Assembly (NCBI RefSeq): GCF_009834535.1
Contig: NC_045697.1
Coordinates: forward strand, 11,658,001-11,722,000
Reading direction: 5' to 3'
Source of the DNA: Camelus ferus
Lineage: Eukaryota
DNA length: 64,000 bases
Made by a program: the position numbers and the translations under genes. The notes beneath the pieces were generated by a model. It saw only the letters and a list, made by a program, of their open reading frames with translations. It had not been told where the DNA came from and made no database searches. Position 1 is the stretch's first letter; each line of letters begins with the position of its first letter. Of this stretch, positions 1 to 13,334 are shown piece after piece.

Positions 1-1679
1 GGGTGGAGAAGAAAGACCCCTCAAATTCCAGGCAACTTTACTGAGCATTGACCCTCTACCCAGCACTGAGCCACCAAAGAGTGTGGGAGCTCGTCCTCGT
101 CCCCAGAGAGCTCTGCTCATGCAGCAGAAAGTCACACATGCAGCTGGCTTTACAACAGAATGAGTTGTGCCTCTCTGCATGGATTCTGGATTCTCTGCTC
201 TTTGGGCATCTACCGTGAGTCATATTAAGATATTTAAATGAGACCGTCTTGTGAAATGTCTTCAATCTGAAAGCAAATGTTTAAATTGTGGGGTCAGAGA
301 AAGCCAAAGGCCCAAGAAATGAAATCAAAAATGCAAATTCCATTTAAAAATAACAAACAAAGCAATTGGTTAGGGAGGATTATGAAGACAAATGGAATCT
401 CTTTATCTCATTGTTTTATTTATTTACTTATTTACATGGCCATCTTGGTGCAAGGCAGGCTCTGAGGGAGAATCTATGCCTCTGTAGGTGAACCTAGCAC
501 AGGAAATGGACAGAGTAGGGGGCTCAACAGTATTTGCTGAATCCAAATTGATTTTCCTAAGAGCAAACGCCTCTCGCTCTTCCCCAGCTTTAATGCATCC
601 TGCATTTTTGAGCCCAAGATGCAGGCTCAGCTTGAGGCTACAGAGAGAACAAGATCAGGGTTAATTAGGAACAGGCAAAATTCCCACAGTGACAGGAGTC
701 AGGACTTTTGAGGACAAGCCCCTAGTGGTCATTACTCCAAAGTCCTTATTCCATGGAAGAGGGAACAGGAGCCCCTGGGAAAGCACAGGGACTCTCCCAC
801 TGGCTTGGAGGGAGGAGGGAAGAATTTAATCAGTGAAGTCATCCAGGTTTCTTTGGGAACTTTAGATCCATTTCAAAGTGTAGAATGTTTACCTGGATTT
901 TAAGATAAGAGCAAATCAGGGTACAACACCATGAGTCCTCTCTCCCAGGTCTGCATTTCCTTCTCCCGCTGGTTTGGTAGCAAAAGAGCACATGAGACAG
1001 TGACAATAATAACCACTTGGGCAATCAGCAGGGAGTTTCCCCCTGGAAGGGGCTGGGGAACAGGCTGCAGAGACGCAGATCCTATCGAACCAAGATTACT
1101 TGCTGAATCAATGGTATCACTAGCAGGAGTCCCTGGAAGGAAGCTGCCCGCTGCAGAGCTGGCATTTCATCTGTCTCAGAGGGCCCCAGGTGCGCTTGTA
1201 AAGAAGTCAGACCCAAAGAGCAAAGGACCAGAAAAAGAGGGGGCTCGCCCAGCCCAAGCAAGGGGGAGGGTGAAACCAAGGAGCAAACTCTGCTGGTAGG
1301 AGTCCCAGCAGCAGCCAGGCCAGGCGAGGGGACTGTCAGGGCTGTCACCCAAAGGAAGACTCAGACCCTGCCACCAGCAGCACCTCTGCGAACACCAGGT
1401 CTGACCCTAGAAGAGCGACGGATGTCAGGTGTTGTGCCCCCCAGTGCTGTGGGAAAAGGGGGAGACAGCAGTCTTGGGGGTGTGGGGCCGGTGCTGGGGC
1501 AGCTCTTCCCTGAAGAGGTCTAATAGCCCACAGGCAGGATGAGGCTGCAGTAAGCTGTGGCCTGTGCTAGGCAGTTTGGGCTTTCTCCGGAGGGCAATGG
1601 GGAGCCATGGTGGGTTCAAAACATGGGAGTCTGATGGTTTGAGGTGACTTCTCTGGAGGTTGTACGGACAGCAGGTTAG

Positions 1680-1828
1680 CACAGTGGGTCTCCAAGTGCA
1701 GTCAGTCCCCAACCAGCAGTATCGTCAACACCTGAGAACCTGGGGGCATGCAAGTTCTCAGGCCCAGGGAATCAGAATCGGAGCAGGGGCTCAACAGCCT
1801 CTGTTTTAAGGAGTGTGGGAAGCACTGG
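1680..1828. mobile_element. MER5A-like hAT MITE remnant (internally deleted)
   Basis: cagtgggtctccaagtg...ccagcagtatcgtcaacacctgagaacc...gaatcagaatc...tgggaagcactg resembles MER5A; CAGTG...CACTG ends. Confidence 0.55.
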
Positions 1829-2017
1829 GGCCGGGGCATCCATTAGGTACTGCTGCAAGGACCCTAGAGAGTGCTGACGGGAACTGAAGGTGGCAGCGGT
1901 GGTCCCTGAAAAGGGAGGGGGTGAGTAGCATTAGGAGGTCCCGGTGACACAGGGAGAGAGGGCAGAGGCGGCACAGGGAAATTCACAGGCTCCTTGTTCC
2001 TAAGCTGGTTGCAAGGA

Positions 2018-2034
2018 GGCACCATCTGCTGGAG
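2018..2034 (-). promoter_or_regulatory. CTCF-like motif
   Basis: Reverse complement CTCCAGCAGATGGTGCC closely fits the CTCF core; motif match only. Confidence 0.4.
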
Positions 2035-2254
2035 GTAGGGAAAAAGGAGAAGTGGGTTTGCATAAGAGGGTCCCCATTCCTTCCTTCCTTCCTCTATCTT
2101 CCCAGGCCCTCATCAGTTTCATCCCTGAGCAGTTCTAGGAGGAGTGTAAAGATAGGAGCCCAATGTCCTAGCGTGTAGTCACCCCAGGGAGGCTGCGGTT
2201 AGACCCGCTGGAGACAACCCCATCCTGGACATCAGCATTTGTGAATCACCAGAG

Positions 2255-2505
2255 TCTGGTGGTTACAAGACCAAGCCCTGGAGTCACCAACCGGGACTCA
2301 CAGTGTCTGGTCCACCACTTACTAGCAGTATGACCTTGGGCAAGTTTCTCAGCCTCCATTTCCTCATCTGTAAAGTGGGGGTGGCAAGACCGGGACACCT
2401 ATTTTAGGATTACGGTGAGGACAACGTGAGTTAGTAAATGTAAAGCATTTAAAGCAGTTCCTTCAAGGCCGAATCGGTATCAATCATTCGCCACTATTAT
2501 CATCA
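2255..2505 (+). mobile_element. MIR SINE
   Basis: MIR core: ccacttactagcagtatgaccttgggcaagt...cctccatttcctcatctgtaaagtgggg. Confidence 0.8.
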
Positions 2506-4659
2506 CTGTTGCCATTCTTATTATCCCTAAAGACAGGGAGACTTAGAGGAAATGATCAGACCCTCCCAGATGGAAGGACTGAAGGGGCCTTCGCCTTGGC
2601 TCTGTCTCAGCCACGTTCACTCCAGCCCTGGCTCCTGGGGGCGTGTGCTGCTGCCCTTCTTCTTCAACCCTACATCCTCCCTTCCTTCTCTGCTTGCCTC
2701 CCCCTCTGCCTGGCTCTTCTCAGCTGGAATCAGTCAAAACCACCTAGGAGCTCAGGACACATTCAGTGGGTGGCTTGGCTTGAAGACAGCTCTTCCAGAG
2801 GGCGGAATCCCAGCTCTAATCCAGATACGTGATGAGATGGATGTGGACCCGCAGGCCCGGGAAACACGGTCCCTGTCCCCCAAAGCCCTCGGTCTGGAGG
2901 GTGAAACGTGGTCACGTACACAGACCCCCTCAGCACTGAGTGAGAGAGCTGGCAGGGCGCACAGGGAGCAGTAACAGGCCTCAAAGGGGAGGGGTTTTGT
3001 CTCCACCGAGAGCCCTCCCCCACAATCCACTTAATAATCTGTGTTCTCACTCTGGAATTATCAAAGCCTAAGAACTCTGCTACTGGAAAAGGAAATGCCA
3101 AGACAGCACAAATTTAATTTTCTCTTAAATGTCCCATCTTTTCTAATTTGGGTTTTGGAAGCAGGGCCCCTTGGCAGGAGGGGAAAAGGCTCAGTCCCAG
3201 CTCTGAGCGGGCGGCTCTTCTGGAGGCATGGAAATAGCCCACGACCAAGGCGACGGGAGCACAAGCAAAGCGGGCGCCTCCGTCAGCCGGGACTGATTGC
3301 ACTCCCTGGTTTCCACCGTGGTCAGCTGGAGAGACAGATGGACTCAAACAGAACCCCAGAATGGGTTCCGAGAACTAAATAGAAAGGGAAAGGCCTAGAG
3401 GCACCGGCAGAACTCTCCAGAGATAAAAAGGTTGTGGAAGGTGGAGAAGAAACACGAAGAGGGAAAGAAAAAAGACCCCAAATAAGAAAACTTCAGAAGA
3501 GGTAGGGCCTAGGAGATTGGTGAATGATGGAGAGAGCTCATAACTTCTTTCCAGCTGGTCCAAGGGAGCAGAGAAATCTGATGATGAAAACTGGTACAAG
3601 AGCTGGAAGAAGGGTCAGGAGAAGACACTGCATCTGATGGCCCAGCCTTAGGCCAGAATTAGATGATGGTTCTCCCCAGCCTCGCTCAGAGGTGAGTGAC
3701 CCACTGATTAGGAAAGAATGTGTTCTGTCATCCCTGCAGGGAAAATGGCTTTTTTTTTTTTTCTTTTTCCAAGCTCTGAAAAAGAATCCCCTCTTCCCAC
3801 AGGTCTCATTTGCTGCACAGAAAGGCTGTTTTCACTGAGACACATCTGGGCAAACCAGAGCCTTCAACAGCATCTCGTAACAGCACGGGCACTTTATATG
3901 GGAGAAATAATGAAACACCTTATTAGCGAAACAAATAGCAAAGTTCAAAAGGACGACTCAGGCAGAGAATGGAGGGAAATTGCTTCCTTCTGCACCCAAC
4001 CCACAAGCACAGGTCCTTTCCAAACTGGGGGGTCGGGGGGGGGATTTTTTTGGTTGTCTTTTTTGTTTCTGTTTAGAGTTTAATACGTAAGACCATGACC
4101 ATTGCTGCATTTCATATGCAGCATATGAACATATTCTCCTGTTATTAATTCAGAGTAACAGGTGAATATGTCCTCAGACCATCAAAAGGGACATTCCTTC
4201 TTCATCTCACTCATCTTAAAATATAAAGTTTATTTTCTATTAAAAAAGTAATAAATGCACACTATAGGAAAAAAACAGCAGAAGAAAAATGGAACCAACC
4301 ATTGTCCCGCAATGCAAAAACAATTACTTGTATCTTATAAATCTTCCCAGTCTTTTCATTCCTATATGTGCACTCTTCCATTGTAAATTCTTTCCTGGAA
4401 AATCAGTGATCATAGTAGAGCTACTTGGAATTTTTTTCCAAAAGGTATATTGGACATAGGGTATTCTTGGCTGCCCAGCATGTTTCCCCTTCTTTTAATA
4501 ACTGTGCCCATATTATCTTTGGGATATTACTTTTCTATTGAATATACCTGATGGGAATGCCACTTGGAATGCCTTGTGTTCCCCTAACCATTGGGTAGGG
4601 AGTCTGGCCAAGTTAGACCATTTGGATGGTCTTGCTGAAATTTGAACCTTAAACGAAGT

Positions 4660-4750
4660 GACAGAGAGAGAGAGAAGAAAGAAGGAAAGACAGAGAGAGA
4701 GGAATGAAGGAAGGAAGGAGGGAAGGAAGGAAGGAGGGAAGGAAGGAAGG
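4660..4750. repeat. Purine-rich (GA)n/(GGAA)n microsatellite
   Basis: gagagagag...gaaggaaggaaggagggaaggaaggaagg. Confidence 0.9.
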
Positions 4751-4915
4751 TGAAAGCTCATATATCCCACTGCAATTTCCAAATAAGACCGTTGCATTGT
4801 TCTTGCCACCTCTGTATCCAACCCTCCTTCATAAATGCCTTGAATCCTGTGCTTACGTCTCCAAACTTCTAGGCAGTTCTATGAACTCCTCCATGCCTTG
4901 TCAGCAAATTTCCTT

Positions 4916-4957
4916 TTTTTGTTTTTGTTTTTGTTTTTGTTTTTGTTTTTGTTTTTG
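4916..4957. repeat. (TTTTTG)n microsatellite
   Basis: About 7 tandem tttttg units. Confidence 0.9.
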
Positions 4958-5184
4958 CTTAAGCAAATGGACTTTTTGCTTAAGTCCATTTCTGTTGCTT
5001 GCAGCCAAAGAATTCTGAATGAAAATGTGGCTAAAAAGAGCACAGGGGCCAGGACACAATCAGGAAAAATCTGCCAACTGCTTTGCTATGACTTACAAAG
5101 CACTGCCATCCTCCCAGAGTACCACACTGCCTTTAACCAAATTCTCTTCACTTACTCACAGAATCAGTTCTCATGCCAAGATGG

Positions 5185-5632
5185 TGGTGTGGTAGACTGA
5201 TTGCTGTGAAGACTGGTTTTTCACCCCTATGTGTAAACATGTTTCCAACAATGTGAGATTTTAGAACCTTGTCTAGAGAGGTGGAGTCTATCTCCCCTAT
5301 TCCCAAAACTGAGCTGGCCTTGTAACTTGCTTTGGCCGACAAGATGCAGCAGAAGTGAAGCTGTGTACATCCTGAGCCTGGTCCCCAAGAGGCCTTGGGG
5401 GCTTCTACTCACTCTTTCAGATACCAGCCTGCTCCAGAAGAATAAGGCTGGTCTAGTCTGCTCGAGTCAGACAAGAGATGTCCTAATCCCACTAGGCTGG
5501 AGCCGCCAGCTGACCTTCCTACCAGCTGCAGATCCGTGAGCAAGTCCAGCCAAGATCAGCTAAGCCTGGCCTGGAGCAGCAGGGCTGTCCAGGTGACCTG
5601 TAGACTTCTGAGTGGAACAAATGCTACTGTTC
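5185..5632 (+). mobile_element. MaLR LTR, MLT1-like (older subfamily)
   Basis: ggccttgtaacttgctttggccgacaagatgcagcagaagtga...cagccaagatcagc...aaatgctactgtt is typical of MLT1 LTRs. Confidence 0.6.
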
Positions 5633-6377
5633 TTCATATAAAAAAATAATATAGGGGCAGTGAGAGATATTATATATTACCTGAAGAAAATAGTAAAGGA
5701 ATATTTTTTGAAAATATCATTTAATTACTTGGGGACAGCCCCCTATCAGTTGAGACTCTCACAGAAATGCCTTAAAACACAGGATACTCCTAATATCTCA
5801 CTTGCTTTAGTAGCTTGATAAGAATATATATGCTGATGTATTTGGAGTTAATTCTACCATACTGTTGCTGCTTTTTCTATTTCTTTTGAATTCCTTCCTC
5901 CTTTTGGATAGATTAAGTGTTCAATTTCCTCCTTTGTTAAATACATATATTTATACATGTACAATATACAATATCTATTCAAATGCATGTAACTTACATA
6001 TATAATTTATAATCTGTATTTATACATATAATATATGTAGCATCATTCTTTCAGTGGTTACTCTATAAAGACCACCACATGCAAACTTCATTGATTCAAG
6101 TCTAATGTAAATGAGAATTTTGCCAGTGGACAACACAAGCAACTTAGAATCCTTGACTTTGTCTCCTTTCCCCCCTCCCACCTTACGTGTGGTGTTTGGT
6201 ACGTATTTGAGGTTCTGCGTAATGTCATCCTGCTCCAGGAAGGATTTACATTTGCTTTTGTCAGAAACCTAGGCTGAAAAGCCAACCAGAGATTTTCAGA
6301 GATTGGGGTGGTTGGAAGCTGGGCTTCAGTCTGTGAGGGCTGGTTTATTTCCAGTTCTCCTTCACTCCTAATGAGAA

Positions 6378-6588
6378 TTTCTCAAGTTCGGCACTACTGA
6401 CATTTTAGACCAGGTCGTTCTTTGTCATGGGGGAGCCATCCGAGCATCGTAGGATGTTTAATGGCATCCCTGGCCAGTAGAGGGTACTAGTCTAATAGTT
6501 GTCTGCTCAGTGGTGACAACCAAAAAGTCTCCAGACATTGTCCAATGTTCCCTGAAGGGGCAAAAACACCCGCATTGAGAACCATTGT
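6378..6588. mobile_element. MER20 hAT MITE
   Basis: ttctcaagttcggcactactgacatttt...aggatgtttaatggcatccctggcc...gtgacaaccaaaaagtctccagacattgtccaatgt...tgagaaccattg. Confidence 0.8.
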
Positions 6589-7003
6589 CCTAGGCTGTAG
6601 ACCTGCAGGACCCCCCAAAAGCCTCCAGCCCCTGAGGCCCTCAAAGCTCCACCCACTTCTCAGCCTCTTCATGGCCACGTCAGGATGAAGGGAAAACTGC
6701 TCCAACAGAGAGCTCACCCCTCCCAGGTCTTTCCTGTCACAGGTCCTGGGCCAGCAGATTCTCCCCGCATGTGAGCTGCCCCAGTGCCTTCTCACAGCTG
6801 TTTGCTCACTTTTCTAGTTCTCAGCAGAAGCACTGATCTGAAGGGACTTAGTTCATCAGTGCAGAACTCAAGACTTAGGGTCACTTGGAAGTAAACTCTT
6901 AAATAATTTTAGTTGAATATAGACACACAGGTCTGAAGGTATTCTGCAGAGCTCTTTGGTGCAGGGTACAAACAGGGAATATGTTGCCAGAGATAACAGA
7001 CCT

Positions 7004-7162
7004 GGGAGAGGGTCTAGCTCAGTGGGAGAGTGTGAGTTCAGCATGCACGAGGTCCTGGGTTCCATCCCTAGTACTTCCATTAAAAAATGATAATAAAAAT
7101 TTTTAAATTAATAAATAAAATAAACCTAATCTCCTCCCCCCAAAAAAAGAAAAAGAAAAAAA
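7004..7162 (+). mobile_element. tRNA-derived camelid SINE (vic-1-like)
   Basis: Head gggagagggtctagctcagtgg (A box)...gggttccatccc (B box), AT-rich middle, cctaatctcctcccc, A-rich tail; degenerate TSD gataacagacct/gataatagattt. Confidence 0.85.
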
Positions 7163-7979
7163 TGATAATAGATTTGATTCTTATCGGAATTTGCAACTGG
7201 ATCATTCCTCGTGATGGGGCACATCTGTGAGCATTGTAGGATGTTTGCATCCCTGACCCCCTGGTACAGATGATTAAAGTGTATCTGATCTTACAGGAGT
7301 CTACCCTCTAGCTGGTATAAGAGTACATGCACATTTTAAAAGCAAAAATAAAAGACTTCAGTTGAGCTACAAAGTACATACACAGACCCTCCGAAAAGCA
7401 TGTAGTAGAAAACTGGAGGAGATGTTGATTACAAGCTAAATTCAATCCCTTACTTTTTACCAGCTGTGTGACCTTGGCCAAGTCAAGGCTCAGGGTCTTC
7501 TGCAAAATGAGACTGTGAAATTAGACAATTCATCACCACAGTCACTTCCAGCCTGACAGACGAGATGTCTATTAGAAAGCAGCTTGTGATAACTGAGTAC
7601 ACCAAATACAGACAAAGGGAAGCAGCATGTTTATGAAAAATCAGTCGCATCTGATTGATCTATTCCCATTTCAAATGACGTGCCTAGCTGAGGAAGTAAA
7701 GGAAACCCATCAGACGTGGGGTATCTGGCTTCCAGATAACACCTGACAAAACACATCAAAAAGTCCTTCTGGGGAAATTGGAGAAGCAAGAGCCTGATGA
7801 ACATACAGCTTCGACACTTTGTAACTAGTTGATTGCTGACACCCAAGAATTCTAATCGGCACAAAGCCGTGGATCTCTAAAGGCAGCCTCTGGTGTTATT
7901 CCCCAGGGAAACAGCAGCGTCTTCCCCGCCTGTTGCTGCTCTGTATCCATGGTTTGGATGACAATCAAGAAAGTGTTTC

Positions 7980-8099
7980 GAATATATGTATGTTTATGCG
8001 TGACTCGGATATTGTGCTGTACACCAGAGATAGACACATTGTAATCGACTGTACTGCAATAAAAGTAAACAAATAATAATAATAGTAATAATAGTAATA

Positions 8100-8157
<58 letters not shown>
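7980..8157 (+). mobile_element. Extremely 5'-truncated L1 (about 85 nt of 3' UTR) with (AAT)n tail
   Basis: tgtgctgtacaccagagatagacacattgtaatcgactgtactgcaataaaa then (AAT)n; exact 13-bp TSD aagaaagtgtttc at 7967-7979 and 8158-8170. Confidence 0.9.
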
Positions 8158-8159
<2 letters not shown>

Positions 8160-9744
8160 GAAAGTGTTTCATCAGATGTATGGGTTTTTCAAAGATGGAA
8201 TTCATAGATAAGGTGAACTCAAAATCATGTGCCTCCAGCTCCCCTTCAAGGGCCACCTTTCTTTTATAAGTGAAATGGTACTCAGTTTCCTTCTTCCTTG
8301 TCTGCCTCTGAGCCAGGTCACCCTCTTGCCTGCACCACCACCTGTGCCACGTGGACCCTCTGGCTTACAGAACTCCACTCCACACTTATTCCCCAGAGTA
8401 CCACTAACACAAGACAATTGTGTGCAGCAGGTTTTACTAAAATTTTGGGGGTAGCAGAGGGTATTTAGAGCATGGAAGAGAAAGCAATTCAAATTTGTTT
8501 AGAGTAGCAAAATTATAAGCCTACCTGAAGCATGTTGTAAAGCTGTTTGAAAAGTAACTCAGCAAGTTTCGTGAATGGAAATGTAGTGCTCAAGTCACAT
8601 ATGGCTTTAAAAGGTTGTAACAAATACAAATGAATTAAAAAGAAAAAATAATAATAAAAAATAAAAATAAGGTATTAATCAACCCCCTAGAAAGATACTT
8701 TCCATTCCCCGCTGCAAAGAATGACTTCTGGTTTTGAGTCTCCTCCCTTTGCCTCAGCATCCTGCAAAGTCACTCAGGTTCCTCCATCCCCCTTACACAC
8801 ATACCTGGACCCTGATAAGTTCTTGTCTTGGCTGCAACCGGGTGTTTGAAATTCTGCCTCCTTTTACTGCATAAGCATATTCCGATCTCATCTTTATCCT
8901 TCCAGTGTATGCCTAGGATGTGCTGGGGAAGCAGTAAGAAGGGGCTTGCATTCTTCAACTAAAAGGTCTACCAAGGAATTTTCCTAAACTATAGACACAT
9001 CTATCCAAGAGATACATTTTGCCTTTAACATAATGGTGGAATTTAAAAGGTCTTCTCTGACTCTGCGGTTCTGTGATTCCATGGTTTTACCTGATTTGTC
9101 TTCACATAGCTAAATGCTTAACAAACAATGAACACAACCCCTCCTCCACCACCCCAGTCACGTATGGGAGGGTTAAGGTTCACAAATTGTGTGGACCAAA
9201 GATATCTAGAATACAGTGATGGCTGTCATGCCTTTGCAAATCTCCTTTCTTTGTGCATATGTACAAACCTGAATACTCTCATTCCTATTCAATAAACAGA
9301 AGCTTAAAATCCAGTCGAAGCATGAAGCAGTGACAGAGGGTGAAAGAGAGTAAAACTGATTGGGAGGGGAAAAAATATAAGCGCCAATCTACAGCCCAAG
9401 GGAGTAAAACGTCCACACCAGAAAAAGGAGTGGTTTAAATTAGATTCGGGTCTTGGGTCCCCAAATACCACTCTCCCCTTTTCCTCCGTGTTTGGTGCTG
9501 GCAGGGAGCTGCGAGCAGGCACTGCCAGCAGATATTTGTGTGCTCTGAGTGTTCTGCTGGGGAAACGGGGAGGTATCCAGGCAGATGCTCTAGTAAGTGT
9601 GGGTGAGTCTGACGTCAAGTTCATGGTGTTTCCGAGTTCCATCTCTCCAAATCCCATCCAGAATGGACCCACTAACTGAGCCGTGTCCACCTTTGAAGTC
9701 TCTCCTGCCCCTTCTATCACAGTAATCTTTCTTTTCTCTGATAA

Positions 9745-9960
9745 GATACTAACTACTAAATATAAAATAGATAAGCAGCAGGTTCATACTGTACAGCACA
9801 GGGAACTATATTCAATATCTTGTAGTAACTTATAATGAAAAAGAATATGAAAAGGAATATACGTACGTATGTGTATGACTGAAATATGATGCTGCACACC
9901 AGAAATTGACATAACATTGTAAAATGGCTATGCTTCGAGAAAAAGAAAAAGAAAAGAAAG
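9745..9960 (+). mobile_element. L1 3' UTR fragment
   Basis: tactgtacagcacagggaactatattcaatatcttgta...caccagaaattgacataacattgtaaa plus A-rich tail. Confidence 0.85.
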
Positions 9961-11839
9961 TCAGCATTTTGAGGGGGAAGAAAGAATTAAAGACTCTCGG
10001 AGGTTAAGCCTGGGCCGCCCTGTAAGACAGTATGATGTAGGTGTAGGCTTCCTCTTTGACAGGTGGAGCTTCTCAAAGGCCCCAAGAAGATCTTCTCTCT
10101 GTGACCCGCTGGTCATCTCCACCCCAGGCTCAGGGCAGCCAGTGCATGGCCGGCTCTGGAGAAACTGGTCAAGGATTCAGCCCCGCCCACCACCACCGGC
10201 TGGTCACACTTCCCATTCATGCATTCTTAGCTGGCACCTTCATTCCTAAGTCTTTCTATCCGAGGCCTTGGCCAGAGGTCCTCAGGTCCCCTGAAGGAAG
10301 GAAGAAAGGAAATCCTGAAGCCAAGTTTTTCCACTCTGAGTACCCAGTATATTTCCACTTCTCAGACCTCTTCCGCCTCCCCCTCCCGGATCCCATAAAA
10401 CTGCTGGAACCTTTTATTCAAAGCTCCCCCCACAACCAGACGGGCCCCCGACGTTTGTGCTGATCAACCTGGCCCTCCACCAGGACACTGCCAAGCTGCA
10501 GGGGGAGGGGAGTGGCACCCCTTTCTCCAGTTCAGCCTCTTGTTTATGCCATCACTAGAGTCTTCCCTGTTACTTCCATTTTGGCTCCTTGATGCTTTAC
10601 TTGGCCACTCCTACACCTGGCAACTCAGGTGCTCCGCTGAGCTCCCGACATAAATAAATAAATAAAATAATCACACAGAATGAAATCAAATATCAAATGG
10701 AATTTCTGGTGTTGCTTTAGAATTTTGGCCAAAGCCCAAAGCTGAGAATGAAAGGGGATAAAGAAAGCCCACTGCACTCCCCTGCAAACTCTAACAAAAG
10801 GTACAGAGGGGTAGAGTCATCATATCCTAGGAGGCAGCCAGACCGGTCTTTGGTCCTGTGACCCACAGTCCAGTCTTTGGTCCTGTGACTCCCCAGCCGG
10901 AGTAGAGGAGGGCAGCCTGGGGAATGGGATGGAACTGCAGGTGGGTAGTGACAGAACCCTCTGGTCCCCAGGGCTGTCACCAGAGCAGAGCATGATGGTG
11001 GATTTCCTGGGGGAGATTTCCAGTATCCTGGTGCACAGAGCAGAGAAAGAATCCAAAGGCGAGAGGTTGGCTAGAGCTGCCAGTGATGGTAAAGCAAAGG
11101 GAGGGGACTGTGCATGGAGTGTCATAGGACAAGATGCCTGAAGTTCCCAGTGGGCAGAGTGGACAGTGTACACAGCCGCCTGGCCTTAGTCATCTTGAAA
11201 AGACTACCCAACCTAGGAGACAGAGGTGATGTGAGGCAAAGCATCTAAAAGGAACCATGGAGCCCAGGAGTCATAGGAACACACGTGGGGAGAGAATTGC
11301 AGGAGGGAGGCTCCAGTGAAGGGCTGGAGGGGTCTTTTCTCAAGGAAGAACCCACAATTGTCTATCTTCCCCACAGAGGACATTTAATAGTCAAGAGAAC
11401 TGCCAACAACACACCAGCTACCCAAAAAAATCTTCTTATGCTTCATTCATTCCTCATCCCTCCTCTTCAGGCTGACTCTGAAAACGTAGCAGAGATCCAG
11501 TGGGGAGTAGAAGGGGAAGGTGAAAAATGGAAAATCAGATCACTGCTCCTAACTACATTTGGTCAACAGGATCTTACATCAAGCTTGAGTCTAAAAGAAC
11601 AGAAAACTCCTTAGACTGGACTATTTCATATCTAAAAACAAGATTATTTGAGACTCAAAAATTATCATACAAGCCATGGAATCTGCTTGCAATATCATCC
11701 TTGGCAAATCCTTCCCAAGTAGGTTTGAAGCTGTGACAGGTGAAAAATAAAGTTATTTTCTGATCTTATCTTACCAAATATAGCTTGTTCCAATGCCAGC
11801 AAGAGAAGTAAAAAAGAAACTGAGAGGGAGAGAAACAGG

Positions 11840-12230
11840 GATGATATCTGCTTTAGAAACTGCCACCCAGGAAGGCTGAGGAGGCAATGGGTAGGTGAAA
11901 AAGAGCCACCTCTCTGAGGAGGGGTAAAGATCATTCCAGGCTGAGAGAAGGTTATGAGCAAAGGCCCTGAGGCAGAAAAGAGGAAACCATGGAACTATGA
12001 GGTCAGGAGCAGAACAGAGCACAGGCATGATGTTGGAGTCAGACTTGTATGAGGTGACATGGTCCATGGTAAAGAGTTTGGTTCAGTTCCCAGGGCATCC
12101 AGAGTTTAAGCAGCAAAATGACATAGTACAACTTATATGTTTAAGATCACATTTTACATTGTTTGAAGAACAGATTGAGGGCAAGAGTAAAAGCTGAGGC
12201 CTATTAGAAGGATATAATTACGTCATAGAA
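11840..12230 (-). mobile_element. L2 LINE fragment
   Basis: cattccaggctgagagaag...gcaaaggccctgaggcag...gtttaagcagcaaaatgacatag...gatcacatt is typical antisense L2. Confidence 0.6.
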
Positions 12231-12889
12231 AAGGCACAATAAATTCTCAGTGGTTGCTCTCCTCAAGTTTACAGACTTTGGAAAATCAGGAAGACTGGTG
12301 GCCATGGTACTTCAGCCTTCCTATAACTAAAGCAATCTATTGAAATATAACAACAACAAAAACAAAAACAGAAAAACTCTCTTGCATGAAGATCTGCTGT
12401 GCATTTGTAATGAGAGCTATGTAGCACGTTACATGCATGTACATAGATAGTTCCTCTCTCAACCACGGAAGCTCAGAACCAGACTTTATGTTCTAGTGCA
12501 GTAATTTTCTCACCTCTTCTCTCTCTCTAGATATACAGTTTCTAACCTGTCCTTAAACATGATTTCAACATGCTAATGCATGCTTTGGTTTCTCATGAAC
12601 CACTTCAAATCCATTTTAAAGATTTTTTTGGACAACCTGCCACAAAGGGAAGAAGGAGATTTTTTAAAAACAAAATATGCTGCCAATTATAAAAAGAATT
12701 TTTGATGATTTTCCTCACCAACAGTTACACTGAGCAATCCACCTTTGGCCTGACCCCTTAGGACAGCTGAGCCACACAGACCAACTGCCAGCCCCTGAAG
12801 ATGAGATGCAAACAGTGGTGAGACAATTTCCTGGTGTTTGAGACAATTTCCCAGGAAACCCCTCCCATTCGTATGTACTCCAGCCTAAT

Positions 12890-13125
12890 TTTAATAGCTT
12901 CTATACATTAAGCACTTGTCCTGTGCCAGGCACCATGCTAAGCACTTTACATATATTATAATAATCCATCATCACAAAAACTCCTTAAGGTAAAAGCTAT
13001 TATTATATAGCCCTATTTTACAGCTAAAGAAACTGAAGAATGGAGAGTTTCAGTAACATGTCCAAGGTCAGCCAGATGGTCAGTGGTGTCCCTGGTGTTT
13101 CCACTCTAAATCCATCTGCCTCTGC
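12890..13125 (-). mobile_element. MIR SINE
   Basis: agcacttgtcctgtgccaggcaccatgctaagcactttaca...ttttacagctaaagaaactgaag...tccaaggtca. Confidence 0.8.
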
Positions 13126-13334
13126 TTGACTCCCACCACACCACCCACCCCAGACCAGATGGGATGCCTGTCTATGTCCTCTCTAGCTCATGGGCCTTGT
13201 CTGTCAGCCACAGGCACCAGCTTGGTCCTTTGCCTCATGGCCCACCATGTCTCCTATGGGAAATCTCAGGATGGGCTCCAGCCCTAAACCACCACTCTGT
13301 GTCCATGGAAGGGCTGATGGGACCAAGAGAGACT

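Noticed and set aside
2509..3382. GC-richer stretch with overlapping 92-140 aa ORFs as a coding exon or CpG island
   Set aside because: ORFs on both strands with no recognisable domain; CpG density only modestly raised.
4513..5200. ORFs of 100-104 aa with PSFL, FCFC and FLFL repeats
   Set aside because: Translations of (GGAA)n and (TTTTTG)n microsatellites.
7004..7080. tRNA gene (also the heads at about 15465-15537, 36195-36269 and 46220-46300)
   Set aside because: A and B boxes are present, but each is followed by the same SINE body and A-rich tail with TSDs.
7852..8256. 134-aa ORF with a poly-Leu tract resembling a transmembrane segment
   Set aside because: It is the reverse read of the (AAT)n tail of an L1 insertion.
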